A DNA stretch of 53,260 nt from IMG/VR virus record IMGVR_UViG_3300031983_000023, positions 1 to 53,260 of that record; one strand, 5' to 3'. A model generated the notes under the pieces. The model worked only from the letters and a program-made list of their open reading frames with translations, was not told where the DNA came from and did no database searches. Both the position numbers and the translations under genes were made by a program. Below are positions 9,214 through 18,888 of the stretch, piece after piece. Each line of letters begins with the position of its first letter. The stretch's first letter is position 1. The DNA is from a virus. Lineage: Duplodnaviria > Caudoviricetes.

Positions 9214-11031
9214 CTATCTCAGAAGAATGCCGACCCTCAGGCGTATCGTCCCCGCCGGGGTCGGGAAAGTGAAGTACACGTCTATGTACCGCTCGCCCGC
9301 GTTGATCGTGGCCTGGGTGTTGTTGGTCTCGTTCGCCACGACCTCGTAGTGCGCCTCTTCGGGCGCCGGGTTTCCCTCCTCGTCGAAGCCCTGCCCGAAG
9401 GTCTCCCCCGTGCGGGCCGAGCCGGTGTTCCCGTTTTCCCAGAGGTTGTGCATGAACCTCTGCAGGGCCGAGCCGTCCTCCCTGATCCTCTCTATGCTGT
9501 TGGGCGTGTTCTCGGAGATCTGGAGGCTGTCGGTTCCGCTGATCTTGATGTACTCCCTCATTAGCGGGCCGTTGGCGAACTGGTAGGCCTGGTCCTGGGA
9601 CGGCGTGAAAAAGTTTCTCGCCACCACGCCGATCCCGGCGAGCTCCTGGATCACGTTCACGCCGTGGCGCGCGAGGTCGGTCCTGTCCCCGTCGTCCAGG
9701 AACTGCTCCCCCACGACGCTGTTGGCCCCGTAGATCGGGGTACTTCTCAGGCTCGGGATGAAGTGTATGCCGAGCTGTGCTATGACGCGGACCCACAGGC
9801 CGGCTATGTGGCCCACGCACGGGACCGCGCGGTCCGGCGCGATCGGGCTCACGGTGAACGGGTCCGAGACCCCGAGCCAGTTCGCCATTATCACGCCGAG
9901 CACGTCGTCGGACCTCTGAAAGGATGCCCCTATGGTCAACAGCTGCGCCTTGGACTGGTCGCTCTGGACGTTGTACAGCCACTTCGGGTTGTCCCAGCGG
10001 CCCTTGCAGTAGGTCTCCCCGGCCTTCTGCACCGCCTCCAGGGTCGTGTCCGCGTTGGCGACGATCCGCACGGGAAGGTTGTCGAGCCTGGTGAGGGTCC
10101 TGGCCCAGTGCGCGGCGGTCGTCGGCGCGGTGCCGTCGTCCCCGCTGGCGAGGTAGGCCACCGTCGACACCTCGACCGGGATCGTTTCCTCGGGCGAGTT
10201 CGTGCTCGAGAGGTCGGAGGTCTTGAGGAACCTGTTGCTGGCGTGCACGTTCTGGACGTAGAAGTCGGACACCCCCGGCTCCATCGTGCACCACACCAGG
10301 CCCAGTTCGGACTCCACCTCCGTCACTATGCCCGTCGCGCTCTTGCGGAACGTCCTGAGCCTGAACCCGAGGACGAGAACCGGGTCGTCGACGACGCCGG
10401 CCTCTGCCCCCCAGACCGCGTCCGTCCACGTGACGTAGCCCGTCGCCTCGTCGATCGCGGTGATCTTGTGGTACTCGTCGTAGGCCGTGCCGTTGAAGTG
10501 CACCACGTCCCCGACCTTTATTCCGGCCACCGAGTCGACCTTCGCCGTGTACGCGCCGGCGGACACAGCCTCGGCCAGCTCGGTCGCGAACCTGGAGCCG
10601 TTCGTCACCATGTAGCCGGTCCTGTTTCCGCTCACCCCGTACTCGAGCTCCTCCTGGTAGGCGGCCTCGAGCTTGAGCGTCGGCTGCGGGGAGCTCCCCT
10701 GGTCATCCAGGCTCACGGTCGCGACCGCCGCGTCTATGGCCCCGGAGTCGAGGCCCACGTGGGACACGATGTACAGGGTCGCCGCCGCCCCGGCCAGGTT
10801 CTGGAAGAACCCGTTCACGGCGTCCCAGCCGTAGAAGGCCGAAATCGCGTGGTCGCCGAAAATGGCTATCGCGTCGGCCGGGTCCCGGACCGCGAACGCC
10901 TTGTCGAACTTCCGCTCGAACCGCCCTATGATGGCCGCTATCTGGAAGTCGGCCGGCAGCACGGCGCGTCCCCGCTTGGGCGGAAGGTTCTCCCCCCTCA
11001 CCCCGAGTATTTTTATGTTAGCCGGTGACAC
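9214..11031 (-). CDS. Tail sheath protein
   Basis: 605 aa. Sheath C-terminal features: PCVGHIAGLW, GVNVI, YEVVANETNNT...YIDVYFTFPTPAGTIRL. Confidence 0.9.
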   Translation of the reverse strand: MSPANIKILGVRGENLPPKRGRAVLPADFQIAAIIGRFERKFDKAFAVRDPADAIAIFGDHAISAFYGWDAVNGFFQNLAGAAATLYIVSHVGLDSGAIDAAVATVSLDDQGSSPQPTLKLEAAYQEELEYGVSGNRTGYMVTNGSRFATELAEAVSAGAYTAKVDSVAGIKVGDVVHFNGTAYDEYHKITAIDEATGYVTWTDAVWGAEAGVVDDPVLVLGFRLRTFRKSATGIVTEVESELGLVWCTMEPGVSDFYVQNVHASNRFLKTSDLSSTNSPEETIPVEVSTVAYLASGDDGTAPTTAAHWARTLTRLDNLPVRIVANADTTLEAVQKAGETYCKGRWDNPKWLYNVQSDQSKAQLLTIGASFQRSDDVLGVIMANWLGVSDPFTVSPIAPDRAVPCVGHIAGLWVRVIAQLGIHFIPSLRSTPIYGANSVVGEQFLDDGDRTDLARHGVNVIQELAGIGVVARNFFTPSQDQAYQFANGPLMREYIKISGTDSLQISENTPNSIERIREDGSALQRFMHNLWENGNTGSARTGETFGQGFDEEGNPAPEEAHYEVVANETNNTQATINAGERYIDVYFTFPTPAGTIRLRVGILLR

Positions 11032-11032
11032 T

Positions 11033-11311
11033 TTACACCTCCCTGACCGTGAACAGTTTGCGCACGGGGCTCTCCGCGAAGTCCCTGTGCTTGACCACTC
11101 GCTCCGGCACCTCCGCGGTCCCGTTGGGGCCGAAGAAGTACACGTCGCGCCCTATGTGCAGCTCGAAGCTCCTGTTGTGCCGGAACACGAGCAGGTACCT
11201 GCCCCCCTTCCTGGGGGCCGGCTTCCGCTCCTGGGCCGGTCTTTTTAGCTCGTTCTTATCGTTGCCCCGAGGGTCGTCTGCGTCGCTTTCGAAAGTTTTC
11301 TTGGAGTCCAT
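11033..11311 (-). CDS. Small hypothetical virion-module protein
   Basis: 92-aa ORF with GGAGGAG RBS just upstream of the sheath. Confidence 0.55.
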   Translation of the reverse strand: MDSKKTFESDADDPRGNDKNELKRPAQERKPAPRKGGRYLLVFRHNRSFELHIGRDVYFFGPNGTAEVPERVVKHRDFAESPVRKLFTVREV

Positions 11312-12435
11312 ATCTCCTCCTTGGCCTCCACGTCCACGTAGTACTGGACGCGGTAGATTTCCTCCGCCCCCTCCACCGGCTCCGGCTCCACGGGGGCGTC
11401 GTCGTACAATATATCATGGGGGCGCCCGTTGATGTACACCACGTTCCATGACAGCGCCCGCCTTATTGCCCTGGACATTTTGGCGACGAGCTCGTGGTGC
11501 CTGGCCACGGCGTCGATGGCCACGCGCCAGGAGCTTATCTTGCCCTCCGCCGCGAACGTGAACTCGGAGCCGTCCCAGTGCAGCAGCCTCTCGGTCCTTG
11601 TGTCGCCCCTAAGCACCGGCACGGGGGCCAGGCCCCAAAGCACCACCCCGGGAAGGAGAATCTCGGTCTCCCACCTCCCGAAGCTCACGGGCAGCAGAAG
11701 CGTCACGTCCGCCGCGGAGTAGGAGTTGAGCAGCGCGGGGCCGTCGAACAGGTGCCCCAGCCCGAAGCTCCCGCTTCCCTCCCGCTCCAGGTTGTGCGTC
11801 TCGGAGTTGCCCCCCCCGCTTACCTTCACCACGGCGTACCGCTCCACGAATCCGGGCGAGTCCAGGTCGACGGTCTTGTCGCCGGCGGAGCCGGAAAAGG
11901 TTCCCGAGGCCACGGCCACGCCCTCGCCGTACAGCTCCTGCAGGGCGAGCTCCAGGGAGACTTTCAGCCCCTCGAAAATGTCCCTGGGGGCCTCCGCCTT
12001 GTAGGCCACGGCGTTGGACAGCACCACCCAGTCGGAGTCGCCGTGCAGCGCCGTCAGCCTGATCCTCTCGGCCGTGGAGATCCCGGAGATGTCCAGGGTC
12101 GCATCGCTCAGGGTCCCCCAGACCGGCAGCCAGAACGCCTTGCCCGCCCCGAGGTCCAGCTTGTACTCGAAGTCGCCCACGGCCCGGAACGGCCCCCTGC
12201 CCTTCCGGAAGGACTTCATGCTCACCGCCAGGCGGTCGTAGCTGGACAGGTCCTTCGCCTGGGAGAACACCCTCTCGGCGTACTCCCCGGAGCTTCCGGC
12301 CGGAAACCCGACCAGCACGGACTTGGAAAGGTCGAGGGCGGCCACCAGGTCCTTGCTCTCCACGTCGGCAACCGTCACGCTGCCGGAGGTCGCCAGGGCC
12401 GTGCTGTCGTCGAAGGGCTCGATTCTCTCGTTCAT
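11245..12435 (-). CDS. Tail terminator/completion-like protein
   Basis: Start MNERIEPF at 12435 overlaps the previous stop; position before the sheath. Confidence 0.5.
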   Translation of the reverse strand: MNERIEPFDDSTALATSGSVTVADVESKDLVAALDLSKSVLVGFPAGSSGEYAERVFSQAKDLSSYDRLAVSMKSFRKGRGPFRAVGDFEYKLDLGAGKAFWLPVWGTLSDATLDISGISTAERIRLTALHGDSDWVVLSNAVAYKAEAPRDIFEGLKVSLELALQELYGEGVAVASGTFSGSAGDKTVDLDSPGFVERYAVVKVSGGGNSETHNLEREGSGSFGLGHLFDGPALLNSYSAADVTLLLPVSFGRWETEILLPGVVLWGLAPVPVLRGDTRTERLLHWDGSEFTFAAEGKISSWRVAIDAVARHHELVAKMSRAIRRALSWNVVYINGRPHDILYDDAPVEPEPVEGAEEIYRVQYYVDVEAKEEIWTPRKLSKATQTTLGATIRTS

Positions 12436-13052
12436 AGCAAGTCGTCCCAGTCGTCCCAGCCGGGGGCCCTCCGGGACACCCGGTCTATAAGGTCCTCCCT
12501 CGAGGTGTTGATGTATTTGACGATCGCTCTCTTGACCTCGCTCGCCGACGGCTCCATGTTGCGAATCCACAGCATCATGCTCCTGTACGCGTTGGCGAAG
12601 GCGGCTCTCGGCGGAATCCTGATGAGCTTCCCTCCCCTCATCCGTATCACGGTCCCGTACTCGTGCACGATGAACAGGTGCCGCAGCTGCAGCTCGGATT
12701 CGTGGTGCTTCGCGCGGCTCTGCGCCACCCGGTAGCCTCGGCCCTTGAGCTTGCGGATGCGCATCATGTTGATGTAGGACTTCCGCTCCAGGTCTCCCAG
12801 CGCGAAAAGCGGCGTCGACGGCTTCGGCAGGCCCCTCCTGGACTTCCTCTTCACGGTCGCGGGCTTGAGCCTCCTGAGCCCCAGGGTGTCGCTCCGGATC
12901 CCCTTCCGGAACGTTTCTATCAGGTTCACGGCGGCGTTTTTCGCCTGCGTGTCGGCTATGGGGATGATCATTTTGGGGAGCCTCCTGATCCTGGAGCGCT
13001 TCGCTTCGTAGTGGTCTGAGAACTCGAACCTGAAAAGCGGCTTAGCCATCAC
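12432..13052 (-). CDS. Neck / virion morphogenesis protein
   Basis: Basic protein with LKPATVKRK, HEYGT and IPPRAAF motifs typical of gpS/HK97-gp10-like proteins. Confidence 0.7.
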   Translation of the reverse strand: MMAKPLFRFEFSDHYEAKRSRIRRLPKMIIPIADTQAKNAAVNLIETFRKGIRSDTLGLRRLKPATVKRKSRRGLPKPSTPLFALGDLERKSYINMMRIRKLKGRGYRVAQSRAKHHESELQLRHLFIVHEYGTVIRMRGGKLIRIPPRAAFANAYRSMMLWIRNMEPSASEVKRAIVKYINTSREDLIDRVSRRAPGWDDWDDLL

Positions 13053-13474
13053 TTCCTCACCAGGCCGAACGTCCAGTACAGGTGCGTGTCGGCGAACTGC
13101 GAGGCCCGGGACTTCTGGCCTATGCTGTACACGTGCCCGTCGACCTCGGCCGTGGCCCTCCGCAGGTCTATGTCCTCGAAGGCTATCCCCCCCTGCGTCC
13201 AGGAGAGCGCCGGGGTCCAGACGGCCACGTCGGCCTCCTCGAACAGGCCGGCCTTTTGCAGGCGGTACATGTCCGGGGCGTACTCTACGGGGAAGGCCTT
13301 TATCGTCTTGTCGGTCGACCCGGACTCCCCCTTGATGGAGCCCAGCCTGCCCCTGGACACCTGGGCCTCCTCCCGGAGGTGGAACAGCACGTCGTCGCCG
13401 TACTCGTCGCAGTGCGCCTTGGCGTCTATCAGCGCGCAGTCCCTCTCGAACTTCACCCCCGTGCTCGGCGCCAT
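13049..13474 (-). CDS. Head closure (stopper) protein
   Basis: Start MAPSTGVKFE at 13474; beta-rich 141 aa after the adaptor. Confidence 0.55.
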   Translation of the reverse strand: MAPSTGVKFERDCALIDAKAHCDEYGDDVLFHLREEAQVSRGRLGSIKGESGSTDKTIKAFPVEYAPDMYRLQKAGLFEEADVAVWTPALSWTQGGIAFEDIDLRRATAEVDGHVYSIGQKSRASQFADTHLYWTFGLVRK

Positions 13475-14403
13475 CAGTCGGTCCCCCCGCTGGTCATGTG
13501 CGTCTTGAGGAGGCTCAGGGCGGAGCGGGCCAGCTCGTTCCGGATGTGCGTGAACTTTCCCCGCTTGCCGTACTGCCTGCCGAAGCTCGCCACGCTCAGC
13601 GCGCCGCCCCCGGTCCTGTTGGCCACGATGCCCAGCGCGGACTCCGCGACGAGCATCTTTATCGCCTCGTGTACGCCCTCCGGGATTGCCGTATTCTCGT
13701 ATCCGGCGGTATAGGTCACCTTTATGTTGCGGGAGCCCCTGGGGAACATGGGCGCCGTGAAGTTCTGGTTGACGTTGATCTTGGCCTTGAGCATCCCCTC
13801 CTCGGCCAGCACCTCGATGGACTGGAGGCTCGGCATGTACTCGCCGCCGCCCATCACGTACTCGACGGAGGTCAGCGCCAGGATGGGCCTGCGGTTCAGG
13901 ATCAGCAGCTCCTTGCCGGTGCCGCTCTTGTACTCGGCGTAGGTTTTCACGCCCCGGAAACTCAGGCGGCACTTTTGCTCGACCCATGGCACCACGAAGC
14001 GGTCCCTCCGGTTGATCAGCCACTTGTCGCTCAGCACCGCGGGCGTTATGCCGTACTCCTCGAGCAGCTCCCGGACGTCCTGCGCCGAGGGCATGGAGGC
14101 GGCCTCCTCCTCCCACTCCGGGACCACCTCGAGGTAGTACGTCCTTCCCGGCGTCTCCTGGGTCACGAGATAGGCCTTGATCCGCCAGGTCCCGATCGGG
14201 TCCAGCGCGCCGGCGGCGAACGTGTACTTCACCTTCTTGAGGGTTGGGGGGCTGACTATCGTCGGGGTCACGACGGTTTCCGCCCCCGCCGGATCCTTGA
14301 CGTGCAGCTTCACGTTGCCCGCTTCCCCGGCGAGGTCGATTCCCGTGTCCAGGGTGAGCTCGTACTCCTGGCCCTTCGCAACCACGCCGTCGGTGTCAGC
14401 CAT
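13474..14403 (-). CDS. Head-tail adaptor with N-terminal Ig-like domain
   Basis: C-terminal FPRGSRNIKVTYTAGY..IPEGVHEAIKML adaptor motif. Confidence 0.75.
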   Translation of the reverse strand: MADTDGVVAKGQEYELTLDTGIDLAGEAGNVKLHVKDPAGAETVVTPTIVSPPTLKKVKYTFAAGALDPIGTWRIKAYLVTQETPGRTYYLEVVPEWEEEAASMPSAQDVRELLEEYGITPAVLSDKWLINRRDRFVVPWVEQKCRLSFRGVKTYAEYKSGTGKELLILNRRPILALTSVEYVMGGGEYMPSLQSIEVLAEEGMLKAKINVNQNFTAPMFPRGSRNIKVTYTAGYENTAIPEGVHEAIKMLVAESALGIVANRTGGGALSVASFGRQYGKRGKFTHIRNELARSALSLLKTHMTSGGTD

Positions 14404-14412
14404 CTGCTCCTC

Positions 14413-15057
14413 CTATGCTATCTTTGAGTCGCCGCTTCCGGACACCTTCATTATCGTATCGCCGGTTCCCGACTCCCTGAACGCCACGGTGAGCGTCGCG
14501 GGGGAGGGGCCGAGGGCCACCGCGTTGTCCACGTCGTAGACCCTGAACTCGTACTCCTTGCCGGACAGGGCGTTCGCGGGGTCGACGGAGACCTGGAACT
14601 CCGACCACTGGTCTGTCGTCGTGCCGTCGCCGACGGTGAACGCGGCCGCCCCCTCCTTTTCTGTCCCGCCGTTGGGGGCCCCCGCGACGTAGACTGTGCC
14701 GTTGACCGGGACGCAGATCGCTTCGCCCGGTTCGAGCGGGTTGCCTTCGACGAGATCGGTCAAGCCGTGGACAAGCTGCCCCGTGCCGCCGAGCGCGGCC
14801 CACGCGCCGGAGTCCGTCTTGTTCCGCCACTCGAGCCGGCAGTTCGTGTTTGCTATTTCCCCGGCCGTGACGGCCTCGAGGGCGATCGCGACGACGAAAT
14901 GACTTGCCTTGTTCCAGCCGGTGACCGGGGTGTTTACCGTGTTGCCGAGGTTTCTTATGGCGTTATCGATGTTGCCCGAGGCATAGGCGGGCGGCGCGTC
15001 GGCGAACCACTGCAGGTGAACGTGAGAGAATGGGCCTTTCAGTCTGAGCTTTCCCAC
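14413..15057 (-). CDS. Hypothetical virion protein (beta-rich)
   Basis: 214-aa ORF in the head-neck module. Confidence 0.5.
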   Translation of the reverse strand: MGKLRLKGPFSHVHLQWFADAPPAYASGNIDNAIRNLGNTVNTPVTGWNKASHFVVAIALEAVTAGEIANTNCRLEWRNKTDSGAWAALGGTGQLVHGLTDLVEGNPLEPGEAICVPVNGTVYVAGAPNGGTEKEGAAAFTVGDGTTTDQWSEFQVSVDPANALSGKEYEFRVYDVDNAVALGPSPATLTVAFRESGTGDTIMKVSGSGDSKIA

Positions 15058-15078
15058 AGCTGCACCGTTCGTCGCCTC

Positions 15079-15498
15079 CTATGGCGTGTACCAGACCGTG
15101 ATGAATCCGCGGTTGAACGGGGTGGCATCGAAATCAGTACTGTCGAAAAACCCCGGACTGAATCGTATGATCATTATAACCATTGCCTGCGTCTGGAACG
15201 TCGCCCCTACGGCATCGGCAGCCGAGGCGTAAGGCAGGTAGTAAATGTTGAAGCTAAAGTCGTTGATGATTCCCACCTGGACCACTCGAATGTCGGCCCA
15301 CGTCAGCCCGTGGGCGATCTGTACCATCTGGGTGGCGTCCATGTCCCAGTTGCCGATCTCGATCACCTTGGGCACGACAACGGCGGGAACGGGGGCGTTC
15401 AGCTCCAGCTGCCTGATCCTTTCGCCGAGCCTCCCTTGCTGCGTCCCCGGGCCGAGGTTGTTTAAAGCCCTCGCTGCGCGTATGTCGAGTGTGTCCAT
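15079..15498 (-). CDS. Putative head decoration/fibre protein
   Basis: N-terminus paralogous to the neighbouring 138-aa protein; C-terminal domain shared with the tail fibre. Confidence 0.55.
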   Translation of the reverse strand: MDTLDIRAARALNNLGPGTQQGRLGERIRQLELNAPVPAVVVPKVIEIGNWDMDATQMVQIAHGLTWADIRVVQVGIINDFSFNIYYLPYASAADAVGATFQTQAMVIMIIRFSPGFFDSTDFDATPFNRGFITVWYTP

Positions 15499-15513
15499 TT
15501 AAAACCCCCGCCG

Positions 15514-15930
15514 TCAGACTCTTCGCGCTATGACTGTCACCAGTCCCCGGTCAGCCGCGCCGTTCGTCACGAGGTTGATGTACTGCCCCTCTGTGAAGGA
15601 GCTGTAGTCGTCGTCGATCGACACGGTCCTCGCGATCGCCATGTCCGCCGCCATGACCACGGCGCTGCTTATGGCGTCCGTCTCCTTCCGGGCCGTCACG
15701 GTTCCGCCCGCGCTCGTCGCCCTGGCCTGGGCGAACACGTCCAGCACCTCCAGGTCGAACGGGCACCGTATCGCGTCGAGCCCCCCGGTCAGGTCGGACG
15801 CCACCTCGTAGGCCAGCTCGACCAGGGCGTGCTCCTCGAGGTCCCTGATCCTGTCGCCGAGCGCTACGTTCTGGTCTCCCGGGCTGAGGTTGTTGACTAT
15901 CTTTGCCTCGCCCTCACTGAGCTTTTTCAC
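15514..15930 (-). CDS. Putative head decoration protein
   Basis: 138 aa, downstream of the capsid gene; NNLSPG..LGDRIRDLE anchor motif. Confidence 0.55.
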   Translation of the reverse strand: MKKLSEGEAKIVNNLSPGDQNVALGDRIRDLEEHALVELAYEVASDLTGGLDAIRCPFDLEVLDVFAQARATSAGGTVTARKETDAISSAVVMAADMAIARTVSIDDDYSSFTEGQYINLVTNGAADRGLVTVIARRV

Positions 15931-16535
15931 TTCTCTTCCTCCTCCCCCTCAGGGCCCCACGTCGGGCGGAACCCCGCCTCGACCAGGGCATCGGCCACCT
16001 GTCGGTCCTCCGTCTCCACCCTGCCGTCCACGACGTCGAGCTTCACTTTCTTGTTGCCGGCCTTGACTGTGAACTTACCGTTGATCGGGTTGGCCTGCGT
16101 GTCGTCCGGGTGGACGAGCTCGAAAACGCGGGCGTCGGGCGAGTCGGCTGGCTCCTTCTCGGGCTCCTTCTCGGGCTCTTTTTCCTTCCCCTCGTCGTCG
16201 GGAGGGGCCGCTTTCGCCTTGTCCTTCCCCTCCGGCACGAACCGGGACTCGTCCTTGAGCCCCTTCGACACCAGGAACCTGATAAAGTCCCTCGCCGCGT
16301 TGAGGGGCATCTTCGAGGGGAGCCTGAAGGCGCCGTCCTTGAGTTCCAGCTGCTCGGCCTTCCCGTCCGGTCCGGCAAAGGCTATGTTGCTCTTGCCCTC
16401 CTGGGGCACGTGGTCGCAGCGGACCTGGAACACGTACCTGCCCTTGACCTTCGCCGCCGGCTTCTCCTCGGCTTTCTTGGCCTCCGGCTTCTTGTCCGGA
16501 AGCCCCATTTCCTTGCTTGTCAGAACCTTCGCCAT
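15927..16535 (-). CDS. Hypothetical protein (Lys/Glu/Pro-rich linkers)
   Basis: 202 aa, GAGGAGGGAG RBS, follows the capsid gene. Confidence 0.6.
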   Translation of the reverse strand: MAKVLTSKEMGLPDKKPEAKKAEEKPAAKVKGRYVFQVRCDHVPQEGKSNIAFAGPDGKAEQLELKDGAFRLPSKMPLNAARDFIRFLVSKGLKDESRFVPEGKDKAKAAPPDDEGKEKEPEKEPEKEPADSPDARVFELVHPDDTQANPINGKFTVKAGNKKVKLDVVDGRVETEDRQVADALVEAGFRPTWGPEGEEEEK

Positions 16536-16564
16536 GTCTCCCTCCTCGTTCGCTTCGTGAATAT

Positions 16565-16592
16565 GCGGGCCGCCCCGGAAGGGGAAGCCCGC
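16565..16592. terminator. GC-rich hairpin after the major capsid gene (terminator or mRNA stabiliser)
   Basis: GCGGGC..CCCC-GGAA-GGGG..GCCCGC; the U-tract is weak on the coding strand. Confidence 0.45.
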
Positions 16593-16605
16593 TTTCTTGT
16601 TTCCG

Positions 16606-17994
16606 CTACGCCACCCGCAGGCCGCGGTGTATGGTGCTGGTCGCCTCGAAGGCGGGGCACAGCGCCGCGTAGCTCTTGATCATGAACGGGAGGAAGTCGT
16701 CGGTCCTGGCCAGCTCCTCGATGGTCACCAGTCCCCCGAAGCGGCTGCCCGCGCTGTTGGTGTACGGCAGCTTCCCCATGCCCTGGTACTTGTCGAGATC
16801 CCAGAGCATGACGATCTCGGGCGGAACGCCCGCGGTGTAGTTCAGCGGGAGGTCGCTTTGCAGGTGCGTGGGCACCGAAGCAGACGCCACTGTCGGGTCC
16901 GAGGTGAACTGATGGTTCAGCGTGGGGCCGGTGATCGTCCCGGCGCCGTCGTACTGGAACCCGCTGAGCACGTGCCGGAGCTTCCCCGCGCCCGTCCCGC
17001 CATCGGCGAGCTTGGCGCAGTATATCTTGTAGAACATCGCCCCGGGATACGCCGTCCAGCTGATGGTGATCGTGTCCTCCGTGGTGATGACTATGTTGAC
17101 TTCCGCGCTGGCGATCTGCTCCCCGTCCCAGGTCACTGGCGCGACCTGGAAGTAGTACGTGCCCGCCCCCATGCCGCTGCCCGCGCCGGCAGAAGCCGTC
17201 CCGACGACGGTCATCTGGCCCGTGGGCCTCGCGGCGCCGCTCTCGATGATCGGAATGTCGCGGTAGGCGTTGAGCCTCCACCCGCCGTTGATCTCGACGA
17301 CGGTCAGCCCGGAGCCTATCAGCCCCTGGTTCAACCTCACGTTGGTGAGGAGGGAGCTGAACTTGGACAGCATCCGCGGGCTCATGACGAAGCAGCGGTC
17401 GTGCTGCTGCGCCTGGCGCTCGTTGCCCCGGTCGATCATCTCGTCCAGGTCGCTCAGGTCGGTGGGCACCACCCCGCCGATCGCCTCGTTGATCCTGTTG
17501 GTTGCGGCCCATCGGTCTACCCCGCCGTAGGCGTACTGGTCGGCCAGCTCGTTGCCGTACAGCATGTAGATGATCAGGTCGTACACGTGGGCCAGGAGGT
17601 GGTTTTCCATCTCCGCAGCCGCCGCGTCGATGTACCTCGCGCTGGCGTCCTGCAGGAAGTTCGTCACGGCGCCCTTGCGCCGGATGATCTTCATCTGCAC
17701 GCTCTGCCTCGCGTAGGTCGCGTTGCGCGTCGGAGTCACGGCCGCCTCGCCCATGGCCCCGCCAGCCGCCGGCAGCGTCATCAACTGGTTGTACTCGTGC
17801 AGCTTCTGCGGGTCGAACTCCGGCTGTATGATCGCCATTTCCGGGGCGAGCCTCACCACGGTGTTTGTGATGATCTCCTCCAGCTTCTCACGGATCAGGG
17901 CCTCGCCCGTGCCGGTGCTCGAATCGAGGGCCTTCCGGATGAGAGACTTTCGGACCTCCCCGAGGCGCTTGTATTCGTCTGCTCTTTTTAGCAT
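16606..17994 (-). CDS. Major capsid protein (HK97 fold) with inserted Ig/FN3-like domain
   Basis: 462 aa after the scaffold. KALDSSTGTGEALIREKLE start, RCFVMSPRM and YRDIPIIES motifs. Confidence 0.88.
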   Translation of the reverse strand: MLKRADEYKRLGEVRKSLIRKALDSSTGTGEALIREKLEEIITNTVVRLAPEMAIIQPEFDPQKLHEYNQLMTLPAAGGAMGEAAVTPTRNATYARQSVQMKIIRRKGAVTNFLQDASARYIDAAAAEMENHLLAHVYDLIIYMLYGNELADQYAYGGVDRWAATNRINEAIGGVVPTDLSDLDEMIDRGNERQAQQHDRCFVMSPRMLSKFSSLLTNVRLNQGLIGSGLTVVEINGGWRLNAYRDIPIIESGAARPTGQMTVVGTASAGAGSGMGAGTYYFQVAPVTWDGEQIASAEVNIVITTEDTITISWTAYPGAMFYKIYCAKLADGGTGAGKLRHVLSGFQYDGAGTITGPTLNHQFTSDPTVASASVPTHLQSDLPLNYTAGVPPEIVMLWDLDKYQGMGKLPYTNSAGSRFGGLVTIEELARTDDFLPFMIKSYAALCPAFEATSTIHRGLRVA

Positions 17995-18027
17995 GTCTTT
18001 CTCCTTGCCTCTGGTTTTGCCCGCGCC

Positions 18028-18888
18028 TTACACGCGGCCCGTGAAGATGCCGCCCTGGCCCATGGCCTCGCCGAGGCTCTTCCGAACCTGTTCCTGGCGC
18101 TTCGTGTTCTGCAGGCCGGAGTCCTTCGACTCCTCCTGTCCCTTCTCTCCGCCGGCCCCGAGCAGGTCCTTGAGGACCCGCAGCGTTTCCTGCGTGGATT
18201 CCACGGGCCCGGTTCCGCTGTTCACCAGCGTCTTGCCTTTCCCGTTTCCGCCCTGGATTCCTTCCAGGGACTTCTTGACCACCTCGTCGGTGATTCCGAA
18301 CGCCTCGTCGTAGGCACTGACTTTCATCTCCATGACGCGGATCGACTCCGCCTGCTGGGAGATGACCTTCGCCAGGCCGGTCACGGCCTTGGCTATGGTC
18401 CTCATGGCCTTGTTCTCGTCGCTCTTCGAGGCCCACCTCAGAACGCCCGCCTCCACGAGGCTCTTGGCGGCGTCCACTGCCTTCTCGATCTCGTCGAGGC
18501 TTTCCTCGTTGATCGTGGTCTGGTCCTCGATCCTCTTCTCCGCGTCGTCGGACGCGGTGGAGCCGTCCTCCTGCTTGGAGACCGCGACTTCTTCCTCTTC
18601 CTCTCCGGGAAGCTCCACTTCCGCCGGCTCCTCTTCCTCCGCGCCTTCCACGTTGAGCGCGGCCATCAGCGCGGCCTTTTCCGCCTCCGACAGGTCGGTG
18701 ATGAGCTCCATGATCTTGTCGAGCGATTTGGTTACGGTCTTGGATGCCTTCTTGGATGCCTTCACTTCCTCCTCCTCGTCCTCGTCCTTCGCCGGGGTGC
18801 CTGCCGCCTCGCCCTCGCCCAGCTGCTCCAGCTGGTCCACGAGCGAGCCGATGTTCGCTATGAGCGTTTTTGCCTCAGCTGGCAACAT
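18028..18888 (-). CDS. Capsid scaffolding protein
   Basis: Highly acidic, coiled-coil; between protease and capsid. Confidence 0.7.
   Translation of the reverse strand: MLPAEAKTLIANIGSLVDQLEQLGEGEAAGTPAKDEDEEEEVKASKKASKTVTKSLDKIMELITDLSEAEKAALMAALNVEGAEEEEPAEVELPGEEEEEVAVSKQEDGSTASDDAEKRIEDQTTINEESLDEIEKAVDAAKSLVEAGVLRWASKSDENKAMRTIAKAVTGLAKVISQQAESIRVMEMKVSAYDEAFGITDEVVKKSLEGIQGGNGKGKTLVNSGTGPVESTQETLRVLKDLLGAGGEKGQEESKDSGLQNTKRQEQVRKSLGEAMGQGGIFTGRV

Noticed and set aside
7952-10429. 825-aa ORF as a single protein
   Set aside because: The N-terminal ~550 aa is an off-frame overlap of sheath and tube; the real gene starts at GTG 8782. Similar over-extended starts were trimmed for several other ORFs.
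16150-16190. Short tandem repeat GGCTCCTTCTC
   Set aside because: Encodes an EKEP linker within a protein; not a separate element.
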